A stretch of 47,175 bases of DNA, taken from the sequence record SRR22947727_2426. The stretch is one strand, 5' to 3'. Position 1 is the stretch's first letter. Every line of letters starts with the position of its first letter. The position numbers and the translations under genes are program-made. The notes below the pieces were generated by a model. That model was not told the DNA's origin. It did no database searches and saw only the letters and a program-made list of their open reading frames with translations. Below are positions 10,201 to 18,777 of the stretch, one piece after another.

Positions 10201-11396
10201 CGGGCACGGACTCGGTGAGTTGGGAAGGTGAGTTGACGCCCGACACGGAATTTTCTTTGCAAACACCGAAGGACGCCACATGGACCGAGCGGTGGCGACT
10301 TCTCGCATCCTCCGTTTGGAATGTTTCTTTCAATGGCCTTTCGCCGGTTTTTGAGAGTGCCGACGACCAACTTATTCCGTTGTGGCAGCCGTGGCCGGGT
10401 GAATCAGCCACCGTTTTGGTGTCGCGTCCTGAAGCGGTTGAAGGGGCTGCCGTGACGATCGATTCCGCCAAACACACGATGAGACCTGGCAAGCGTCAGC
10501 GCTCATCGGCGCTTGAGTTGCAGGTGCGGACAAGCCTCGGGGAAGATTTTCCCATTCAAATTCCTGCCGGATCAGAAGTCAGTTCGCTGATTCATGATGG
10601 AAAGAACATTCCCATCCGAAAAGAAGGAGATGCCGTGGTCGTTCCTCTTCGCCCGGGGCCACAATCGATAAAAGTTGAATGGCGTGGACCGAACACTCCT
10701 GAAGGGTGGACGCGAGCCGATTCCGTCAAGCTGCCCGTTGAAACGGCGAACGTCACCAGTCTCATTCGTCCATCGCGTGATCGATGGCTCATCGTCACTG
10801 ACGGTCCCCTTCGAGGACCTGCCGTTCGATTTTGGGCGGTGCTGGTCTTTGCCTTACTTGCTGCAGTGGTGCTTTCGCGCATTCCCGGATCACCGCTGCG
10901 ATTTCACACGTGGCTGCTGCTTTTGATAGGGCTTACCCAGATTCATATTGCCGGTTCATTGTTCATCATCGGTTGGTTGTTTTTCGCGCTATGGAAAGAC
11001 AAGGGCTTCTGGAAGCGGCTTTCCCCGCTCAAACATAACTTTCTCCAAATCGGTTTGATTGGTCTGACGATCATCATTGTTGGCCTGTTTATTGTGATTG
11101 CTTCTGCGGGACTGCTGGGAAATCCCGAAATGTATGTCGCTGGGGTCGGTTCCAGTGCGACGTATTTGAATTGGTTTTCCGCTCGCGCTCCCGTGGATTT
11201 ACCAACGCCCGGCTACTGGTCGATTTCCATCTGGTGGTTTCGTCTTGCGATGTTGCTGTGGGCGCTCTGGCTCGCGTATTCGCTCGTGCGATGGTTGCGG
11301 GATGGCTGGAAAAATTCAGCTGAGCGAGGCCATTTCAAATCTGGCAAAAAGCAAAAAGATAGCCTTCCTCCTGAATTACCAAAAAGGGACTCGTGA
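7229..11396 (+). CDS. Large multi-domain integral membrane protein of unknown function
   Basis: ORF 7200..11396 (start uncertain, ATG 7229 or 7247). Signal peptide, then two large beta-rich soluble regions, each followed by a bundle of hydrophobic helices. Confidence 0.8.
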
Positions 11397-11438
11397 ATGG
11401 AATTGTCCTGACTATTTTCATTTTCAAAAACCGTCCCG

Positions 11439-11552
11439 ACTTTTTGCGTTTTTTGGTGCTTTTTTCCGGCAACAATTCATCCTGAAAATGTGGCAACGTC
11501 TTGATGCAGAGATTTTTGATAGCCGCAAAAAAGCGCAACAGTCGCAAAAAGT
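11439..11552. repeat. Imperfect ~31-bp inverted repeat with 51-bp loop
   Basis: 11439-11470 actttttgcgttttttggtgcttttttccggc versus reverse complement of 11522-11552 actttttgcgactgttgcgcttttttgcggc. Confidence 0.65.
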
Positions 11553-11639
11553 TATGATGAAAACCGATTGCGCGTTCGTGCCATCAGCGTAAGAAAATCG
11601 TTCGTGATTGGAGTGGAAAGCGTAACCAGTTCAGGCGAA

Positions 11640-11692
11640 GCTCCAGAATCATCAGGATTGGTTTCTCGAACTGGCCCTTTTCGATCGATTTT
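11640..11692. repeat. Dispersed bipartite element, degenerate copy G (inverted arrangement)
   Basis: GAAT catcaggattg GTTT-ctc-GAAC tggcccttttc GATC (11646-11686); same 4-11-4-3-4-11-4 geometry, flanks decayed. Confidence 0.6.
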
Positions 11693-11699
11693 TTTAACG

Positions 11700-12419
11700 A
11701 TGAAGAATTTTCTAAAAACCTCAATTCTCGCAACCGCTTCCGTGCTGGTGTTGTGCAATTGTCAGGAAAGCGGCCCGATTGAAGTGACGGAAGTTCGCGA
11801 AATTAATCCTGCCGTGAAACTTGAGATTCCGGTCTTGGCGAAATCCGACACCGAGCGATTTCGGATGTCAGAGAAGAAGCCACAAGCCCAACGACCGGCG
11901 ACTCCGGGGGCACCTCGTTTGATTTGGGATTTACCAGAAGGATGGAAGGAAGTTGAGACAACCCAGATGCGTGACGCAAATCTTCGTTTTGGCGAAAACG
12001 ATGAGGGCGAATGTTACCTCACTAAGCTTTCGGGCGGCGGTGGTGGATTGGTTGCCAATGTGAATCGCTGGCGTGGCCAAATGGGCCTGCCTGATGCGAA
12101 GCCTGAAGAAATCAACGCGTTGCCTAAGAAGCCGCTTTTTGGAACGGATGCGACGTATATTGATCTAGAAGGCGATTTCGGCGGAATGGGCGGCGGCGAA
12201 GCTAAGAAAGATTACAAAATGCTGGGCCTCGTTTTAACGGCGCAAGGCGGTGCGGTTTTTGTGAAAATGACCGGACCAAAAACTCTGGTGGACGCAAATA
12301 CGGCGAAGTTCGACGCTTTTTGTCAGTCGCTGAACGTAGATTTTGGCGCTGCTCCAGAAGCGCCTGCGGCACCCGCAGCACCAAGTGCCCCAGAATCCAA
12401 AGCTAACAAATCGGAATAA
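11700..12419 (+). CDS. Putative lipoprotein, first gene of the cytochrome c biogenesis operon
   Basis: ATG 11700 gives MKNFLKTSILATASVLVLCNC (signal peptide with Cys); WDLPEGW, ANVNRWRGQ, FVKMTGP; stop overlaps the next start (TAATG). Confidence 0.75.
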   Translation: MKNFLKTSILATASVLVLCNCQESGPIEVTEVREINPAVKLEIPVLAKSDTERFRMSEKKPQAQRPATPGAPRLIWDLPEGWKEVETTQMRDANLRFGENDEGECYLTKLSGGGGGLVANVNRWRGQMGLPDAKPEEINALPKKPLFGTDATYIDLEGDFGGMGGGEAKKDYKMLGLVLTAQGGAVFVKMTGPKTLVDANTAKFDAFCQSLNVDFGAAPEAPAAPAAPSAPESKANKSE

Positions 12420-13645
12420 TGGCTATTTTAAAAGGAATCTATAAATTTTTCTCGTCGTTTTTATTTGCGGCGATCATTCTGATTTTACTGACAATTGTGA
12501 CGTTGTTCGGCACGCTGGCGCAAAAAGAAATGGGACTGCACGGCGGTGTGAAGGAGTTTTTTCACTCATACGGTTATTCTGTTTTTGATGCATCTCCGTT
12601 CGGAATCCCGATCAAATTTCCGTTGCCGGGTGGCATGACATTGATGTTTCTATTGTTCATCTCGATGACTTTGGGCGGCGTTGTTCATGTGAAAAAAAGA
12701 GTGCGGGGAATCCCCAATTTAATCATCCACTGTGGAATGTTGTTTTTGCTTGTGAGTGGTTACATCACTCACAATATGAAGCGCGATGGCTATGTGGCGT
12801 TGTATCCGGGAACTTCGACGAACCGAGCGCAGAGTTACAAGGACTGGCAAATCGAGGTTTTTGAATTGGGTGAAAATGACGAGGCCAAGCAAGCGACAGT
12901 GATACCTTGGGAGAACCTCCGACCAATCGGCGACGAGGGAAGCCAAGTGTTCACATCCAAAGCGTGGCCGTTTTCTGTTCAGGTTGAGAATTTTTATCGT
13001 AACGCTCGACCGATCCCAACGTCTGCGCCGATATCGGCGGAAGCAACAGGGCCGGAGATCAACGGTTTCAAACTACTCCGTCGTGAGACTGACAAAGAAG
13101 TTGCGGCGAATTTTCCAGGTTGTTTTGCCAAAATTATTCCAGCCGATGGATCTGATGCTGCTGCAGAATTGATCTTATCGGGAACGTCAGATCGCATTTC
13201 TCCAGATGATGCCGCGATGCTTGCCGGGTTCGAATTTGAGGGCAAAAAGTGGGGAATCCAGCTTGTAAAACGGAGTTGGGAAATCGCCTTCAATATCGAA
13301 CTCGAGAAGTTTATTTTTGAAAAGCATCCTGGAACGACCAAGGCGAAGAATTTTGAAAGCCGAATCATTTGGAGAGAAGATCTGGAAGACGAGGGTAAAA
13401 AAGTCGCTGTGCGCATGAACGATCCGATGAGGCAGAGTGGGTTTGTCGTTTTTCAGGAAAGCTATGGTCCTCCCAATCCGGGGCCCGGTGAGCAGATGTA
13501 TTCGCAGTTCGCAGTGTCGGATGATCCGGCTGATTATTTTCCGCTGATCGCCTTGATCATCATCACTATTGGTTTGGTAGCCCACTTCGTCTGGCGACTG
13601 GCCGAATATATTTCTAAATCTAGTGCGAAACGTCGCGCTGCTTAA
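12419..13645 (+). CDS. Cytochrome c biogenesis protein, ResB/CcsB-like (system II)
   Basis: N-terminal TM helices with GTLAQ, conserved TM His (LIIHCGMLF), periplasmic domain ending MNDPMR...FQESY, C-terminal TM helix; directly upstream of ccsA. Confidence 0.8.
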   Translation: MAILKGIYKFFSSFLFAAIILILLTIVTLFGTLAQKEMGLHGGVKEFFHSYGYSVFDASPFGIPIKFPLPGGMTLMFLLFISMTLGGVVHVKKRVRGIPNLIIHCGMLFLLVSGYITHNMKRDGYVALYPGTSTNRAQSYKDWQIEVFELGENDEAKQATVIPWENLRPIGDEGSQVFTSKAWPFSVQVENFYRNARPIPTSAPISAEATGPEINGFKLLRRETDKEVAANFPGCFAKIIPADGSDAAAELILSGTSDRISPDDAAMLAGFEFEGKKWGIQLVKRSWEIAFNIELEKFIFEKHPGTTKAKNFESRIIWREDLEDEGKKVAVRMNDPMRQSGFVVFQESYGPPNPGPGEQMYSQFAVSDDPADYFPLIALIIITIGLVAHFVWRLAEYISKSSAKRRAA

Positions 13646-13683
13646 TTTTATCTGAATCTGTTGAACTGGAACTCAAAAATAAA

Positions 13684-16068
13684 ATGAGTACAAAAAAACA
13701 AATCCGAGAAGAGGCTTCACAAATCGAAGCTGAAGAAGCGAAGGGGGAACAGGGGGTTCGAATTTTCTACCTGCTCGTCTGTCTCCTGTTATTCGCATGC
13801 CTCATCATCGCATCGCGATCCGCCTGGTTTCTAGCGACTCATGCCAGTAATGCAAAAGACATTTCGACTCCGCTCGAAAGTTACGAGCCATGGCCAGAAT
13901 CGATTGTTGAAAATTTCAGCAACATTCGGGTGCAAAATGGGGGACGAATTAAGCCGGCGCATACCTTTGCGAGATTCGCTTTGATCCAGGTCAACAACAG
14001 CTCAAAAGCTCGTTTCGAAACTCAAGACGGCGAGAAGCACAAAATCAGTGCGGAGGAATGGATGCTGGATGTGTTGTTCCGTCCCGACCTCGCGAAGGAC
14101 CTTCCATTTTTTAATGTGGATGACACCGAAGCAATTGTGGCAATTGGAGTCCCACCAAAATATGGCGATTCCCACCGGAAACGAGATCGTTATTCTTACA
14201 ATCAAATCGCGGCGAAGCGCGCTGAATTGGCGGGTGAAAGTGGGCGGATTACTCAAAAGCGGCGGGAAGACCCCGATTACCAGATGAGCCGTCTGGAAGG
14301 GATTACCGACCGGCTTGCCACCAATGTTAGCTTTTTTGAATACATGAACGGGCAATTTGGCTTTGCGCGAAAAGGCGAGGGGCTGGCAAGTGATCAAGTA
14401 TTGCCTCAGGATTTGAAACTTGCTGCACAGGGAATGGATATCGTGGGTCTGCTCGATGTGATGCCAGAAATGACCGTTCAGCAATTGATGCAGGAAATGG
14501 GTCGTGAGGCGGCAACCGAAAATGAAAAAGCGATTCAGAAAGCGTTTCAGCTGTTTTTCTTTTTTGCGAGATCGGGGCAGAATCTCACTCTGATTCCCCC
14601 ACCTGATGCGGCCGAAGATCAGTGGTACGGAGTAGGAGATTTGTTAATGGAAGGTCTCGAAGACAAGTCGAAACGAGCTTGGGTGAAGGAGGAACTTAAA
14701 GTCGTGACTGACATTGTAGATTCTCAAAAAGCCATGTGGACAGCATTGGCGGAACTGCCAGAAGACGCGAGCAATGATGATCGCGAAGCGATTGTGAAAC
14801 CGGTTGCAGCAAAATTTGAGACGTTAGTCGATACGCAGAAGAAAGAAGCGGAAGAGCGGCTCTTGGCAAAGCGCGATGCAATCGATGTGGAAATTGCAGC
14901 AGCGGATGACTCACTCGAAAAACAGCGCCTTCAGGAAAGTCGTGCTGAATTGAAAATGGAAGGTGCAAAGGTTGAGCAAGAAGTTGGGCTTTATACATCG
15001 AGCTACTTCATGAACAGCCTGAGTTACTTCATTCTAGGATTTATCCTTCTGGCGGTGAGTTGGTTGGTGCCGGGATCAAAGTTCGCTAAGATTTTCGGAT
15101 GGTTGGCGATTGGAGTTATCGTCTTGGCGCTTGGATACAATCTTCTTGGAATCACCATGCGAAGCATCATTCGAAGTCGGCCGCCGATCACGAATCTCTA
15201 CGACACGATCATCTTCATTACAGGCGTGGTCGTTTTGCTGGCATTGATGTTGGAATACTTCACTCGACGCGGAATCGGAACCATCATCGCGTCGCTCAGC
15301 GGTGTCTTGGGAATGTTTCTTTCGCTACGCTACGAGGTCAAAGAAGCGGTTGATACCATGGATCCATTGCAGGCGGTGCTGGACACAAACTTGTGGCTGG
15401 CAACTCACGTGACAACCATCAACATCGGTTACGCGGCGGGAATGTTGGCGTCGTTTTTGGGGATTGCTTATTTGCTCTATCGATTTTTGCGCCCGCTTCC
15501 AGTGGTGCTCAAAGGACTCACAGGGAATGGCGCGAGCGCGAATACGCGGATTTTTGATGAACCTAAAAACGTTCGCGACAATCACAAGTTGATCGGAAAA
15601 ATGACCTACGGAATCGTTTGCTTCTGTCTCATTTTCTCGATCATCGGAACGGTCCTTGGTGGCATTTGGGCAAACTACAGTTGGGGGCGTTTCTGGGGCT
15701 GGGACCCTAAAGAAAATGGAGCGCTCATGATTTGTTTGTGGACGTTGGTGATCCTTCACATGCGGATGGGTGGCTACATTAAAGACATCGGGATGGCGGT
15801 ATTTTCGATCATTTTGGGAATGATTGTTACGTTTTCATGGTGGGGCGTGAACAACCTCGGTGTTGGGCTACACAGTTATGGATTCACCGATGGAGTGATG
15901 AAGGCGCTCTTTATCACGTGGGCTGAATCCATTCTCATTATGGCCTGTGGATTTCCGCTTTGGCTTCACGGCAGGTCGAAAGACAAGCTCAAGAAGGAAA
16001 AGCGTGAACGAAAGCGGAGAGATAATGAGGTGGGTGGCGATATCCCTCCATTGCCCGGCGAAGTGTGA
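13684..16068 (+). CDS. ccsA: Cytochrome c biogenesis protein CcsA/ResC with large N-terminal periplasmic domain
   Basis: WWD motif GGIWANYSWGRFWGWDPKE; His residues in WLATHV, VILHMR and GLHSYG; RPPITNLYD; QNGGRIKP. Confidence 0.92.
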   Translation: MSTKKQIREEASQIEAEEAKGEQGVRIFYLLVCLLLFACLIIASRSAWFLATHASNAKDISTPLESYEPWPESIVENFSNIRVQNGGRIKPAHTFARFALIQVNNSSKARFETQDGEKHKISAEEWMLDVLFRPDLAKDLPFFNVDDTEAIVAIGVPPKYGDSHRKRDRYSYNQIAAKRAELAGESGRITQKRREDPDYQMSRLEGITDRLATNVSFFEYMNGQFGFARKGEGLASDQVLPQDLKLAAQGMDIVGLLDVMPEMTVQQLMQEMGREAATENEKAIQKAFQLFFFFARSGQNLTLIPPPDAAEDQWYGVGDLLMEGLEDKSKRAWVKEELKVVTDIVDSQKAMWTALAELPEDASNDDREAIVKPVAAKFETLVDTQKKEAEERLLAKRDAIDVEIAAADDSLEKQRLQESRAELKMEGAKVEQEVGLYTSSYFMNSLSYFILGFILLAVSWLVPGSKFAKIFGWLAIGVIVLALGYNLLGITMRSIIRSRPPITNLYDTIIFITGVVVLLALMLEYFTRRGIGTIIASLSGVLGMFLSLRYEVKEAVDTMDPLQAVLDTNLWLATHVTTINIGYAAGMLASFLGIAYLLYRFLRPLPVVLKGLTGNGASANTRIFDEPKNVRDNHKLIGKMTYGIVCFCLIFSIIGTVLGGIWANYSWGRFWGWDPKENGALMICLWTLVILHMRMGGYIKDIGMAVFSIILGMIVTFSWWGVNNLGVGLHSYGFTDGVMKALFITWAESILIMACGFPLWLHGRSKDKLKKEKRERKRRDNEVGGDIPPLPGEV

Positions 16069-16073
16069 GGCGA

Positions 16074-17243
16074 CTACGAATTAATTATGACGCGTGAGCC
16101 GGAAGTCGGCATCACGATCCGGAGTTTTCCGACTGCCTTTTCAATTTTGGAAACGACGTCCGAAATCTCCACAGCGTTTGTGTATTTCGAAAGCGAAAAC
16201 CGAACGCTACTCCGAGCTCGATCCGATGAATAACCCATTGCTTTGATAATTCGGCTCGGCTTCACTGAACCCGTGCTGCACGCCGAACCGGGCGAACAAC
16301 AAACTCCAGCTTCGTCGAGAAGGATCAGTAAGCCTTCGCCGTCGACCCCCGGAAAGGATAGGTTTGAAGTGTTCGGTAATCGCTGATCGCGGTCTCCATT
16401 CACCTCGATGCCTTCGATTTTCTCAATAACAGCGGTTTCAAAATCGTCCCGCAACTGGCGCATCGAATCGTGGTGATCCATCGCTGCCAGCGTAATTTCA
16501 GCCGCTTTTCCAAAACCGACGATCCCCGCAACGTTTTCCGTCCCAGAACGTCGCCCGCCTTCCTGACCTCCGCCCAAAATCGTCGGCTGGAATCGTGAAT
16601 TCTGATTCACAAAAAGCGCGCCGATTCCCTTAGGCCCATGAAGTTTGTGAGCAGAAATTGAAAGCATCTGGATCGGTGAATCCGCGACCGATACAGGAAC
16701 TTTTCCGACCGCTTGAACCGCATCCGTATGGAAACAAACACCGTGGCTTTTCGCCGCTGCGGCAGCTTCTGCGATGGGCGAAAGCACACCCGTTTCATTG
16801 TTCGCAAAGATCAAACTCGCAATCGTCGTCCTGTCCGAAAGGGCTGATTCCCACGCATCAAGGTCGAGCCGTCCGCACGAATCAACAGGGTTCATTCGAT
16901 GAACGTACCCTATTGATTCGTAAAACTCACCCGCTTCAAAAATCGCGCTGTGTTCAACCGTGCTTGTAAGAATTTCTTTTCGATCCGGCCACGTGCCAAT
17001 GGCTGAACGCAACGCCGAATGATTCGACTCCGTCCCGCCGCTTGTGAAAATGATTTCTTCAGGCTGCGCTGAAATCAATGCGGCAACTTGCTCACGCGCC
17101 GTCTCGATTGCTTTTTTCGCGGCTTTTCCAAATCGATAACTCGCCGACGGGTTGCCATAATTCTCGTCGCCCAGCCACGGAAGCATTGCTTCGCGAACTT
17201 CGGGATCGAGAGCGGTTGTGGCGTTATTATCGAGATAGATCAT
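16074..17243 (-). CDS. iscS: Cysteine desulfurase (IscS/NifS group I)
   Basis: Start MIYLDNNATT (ATG 17243); GNPS, FTSGGTESN, NNETG, HTDAVQ, PLP-lysine SAHKLHGPKG, RSGTENV, catalytic GSACS. Confidence 0.93.
   Translation of the reverse strand: MIYLDNNATTALDPEVREAMLPWLGDENYGNPSASYRFGKAAKKAIETAREQVAALISAQPEEIIFTSGGTESNHSALRSAIGTWPDRKEILTSTVEHSAIFEAGEFYESIGYVHRMNPVDSCGRLDLDAWESALSDRTTIASLIFANNETGVLSPIAEAAAAAKSHGVCFHTDAVQAVGKVPVSVADSPIQMLSISAHKLHGPKGIGALFVNQNSRFQPTILGGGQEGGRRSGTENVAGIVGFGKAAEITLAAMDHHDSMRQLRDDFETAVIEKIEGIEVNGDRDQRLPNTSNLSFPGVDGEGLLILLDEAGVCCSPGSACSTGSVKPSRIIKAMGYSSDRARSSVRFSLSKYTNAVEISDVVSKIEKAVGKLRIVMPTSGSRVIINS
16873..16925. repeat. Dispersed bipartite element, copy B (inverted arrangement), inside the cysteine desulfurase gene
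   Basis: ccgcac-GAAT caacagggttc ATTC-gat-GAAC gtaccctattg ATTC-gtaaaa. Confidence 0.9.
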
Positions 17244-17368
17244 GAACGTTTTGGATAGAAAAACGAAACGACACAATTTCGATTTGAGCAACTGCTCGTC
17301 TAATCTTCCATCTCGCGCCGCGACCCCGCTATTGTGGCGCATGCTTCGAACCTGTCATCCTAGGTGTC

Positions 17369-18754
17369 ATGAGAAGCTTACTCACGCTATTTTGCGCCGC
17401 CATTCTGCTCGTATTTCCCCCTTTTGTAGTCGGGCAGGAAAATACCCCGAAAGTAAAGGTTCGACTCGGAACGTTCGATGTCGATGCCTCGCCTCCCACC
17501 GGCAGTCCCCTTGCGTATGATCCGACAAAAGGTATTCAGACGCCGTTGAGTTGCCGTGGCATTGTGCTTCAGGTTGATTCTGAAAAACCGATTGTTCTTT
17601 GTGCGGTCGATTGGATTGGAATCAGCAGCGGCGGGCAAACTGTTTTTAAAGAAGCCTTTGCGACTGCAGTTAACACTACTCCCGATCGAGTTGTCATTCA
17701 CGCCCTGCACCAGCACGATGCACCCCGCTGTGATTTCGACGCCGAAAAATTGATTGCTGAACAAGGGGCGTCCGGTGGCGGCTTTGATCCAAAGTTCGCC
17801 AGAGGGGTCGCTGACAAAGCAGCCGCGGCGGCGAAAAAAGCGATCTCGGAATCCCAGCCCGTCACCCATATCGGAGTTGGAGAGGGAGTGGTCGAAAAAG
17901 TGGCTTCGAATCGCCGCATTCTCGGACCTGATGGTAAGGTCAAAGTCACCCGTTACACCGCGACCAAAAATCCAGAGATCCGCGCCTTACCGGTAGGCAC
18001 CATTGATCCCCAATTGAAAATTGTCAGTTTTTGGAACGGCGAAAAAGCAATCGCCGCGCTCAGCTATTACGCGACTCATCCGCAGAGTTACTATCGGACA
18101 GGTATGGCAAATCCTGATTTCCCAGGCCTTGCTCGCAACGCCCGCCAGCGGGACACGGGCATACCGCACATTCATTTTAATGGCGCGGGAGGCAACATCG
18201 GCGCCGGCAAATGGAATGATGGTTCCGTCGAAAATCGCCAGGTTCTTGCGGACAAAGTCGCGGCAGGCATGGAGCGTGCCTGGAACGCTACCAACAAAAC
18301 TCCGGTCACTGCGGGGAGCATCGGATGGGCGGTTGAACCAGTTGCGTTGCCTGTCGCCGAGCACCTTGATGCCAAGGCCCTTGAGGCGACAATTGCGAAT
18401 CGAGTAGCCACTCCAGGAGATCGCTACATGGCCGCTAAAAAACTTGTCTGGCTGCGCCGCTGTGAGAACGACGACACGATTCCAATCAGCTGCCTGTCGC
18501 TCAATGATGCTCGTATTTTACACATGCCGGGCGAATTGTTTGTTGAGTATCAACTCAGCGCTCAAAAGCTTCGGTCCGATCTGTTTGTGGCAATGGCTGC
18601 CTATGGCGATTACGCGCCTGGCTATATTGGCACTGAAATCGCGTATGGTCAGGGCGGTTACGAAACCAGTGATCGTGCCTCCCGCGTTGCTTCCGGTGTC
18701 GAAAAAGTGTTGATGGATGCGGTCGCAAAATTGTTGGATGCACCCGGGAAGTGA
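17369..18754 (+). CDS. Secreted hypothetical protein, neutral/alkaline ceramidase-like metallohydrolase family
   Basis: Signal peptide; HALHQHDAP, YATHPQS and HMPGELF motifs resemble the PVC-expanded ceramidase-like family. Confidence 0.6.
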   Translation: MRSLLTLFCAAILLVFPPFVVGQENTPKVKVRLGTFDVDASPPTGSPLAYDPTKGIQTPLSCRGIVLQVDSEKPIVLCAVDWIGISSGGQTVFKEAFATAVNTTPDRVVIHALHQHDAPRCDFDAEKLIAEQGASGGGFDPKFARGVADKAAAAAKKAISESQPVTHIGVGEGVVEKVASNRRILGPDGKVKVTRYTATKNPEIRALPVGTIDPQLKIVSFWNGEKAIAALSYYATHPQSYYRTGMANPDFPGLARNARQRDTGIPHIHFNGAGGNIGAGKWNDGSVENRQVLADKVAAGMERAWNATNKTPVTAGSIGWAVEPVALPVAEHLDAKALEATIANRVATPGDRYMAAKKLVWLRRCENDDTIPISCLSLNDARILHMPGELFVEYQLSAQKLRSDLFVAMAAYGDYAPGYIGTEIAYGQGGYETSDRASRVASGVEKVLMDAVAKLLDAPGK

Positions 18755-18777
18755 CGCTACATAGGGAGCTGCCAACC

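Noticed and set aside
16074-17342. Extended N-termini given by the ORF track (cysteine desulfurase 17342; also lysS 27610, rsmD 7148, 11568, rplW 41763)
   Set aside because: Family-typical N-termini begin at downstream ATGs (17243, 27556, 7106, 11700, 41835); the extensions run into intergenic or regulatory DNA or neighbouring genes.
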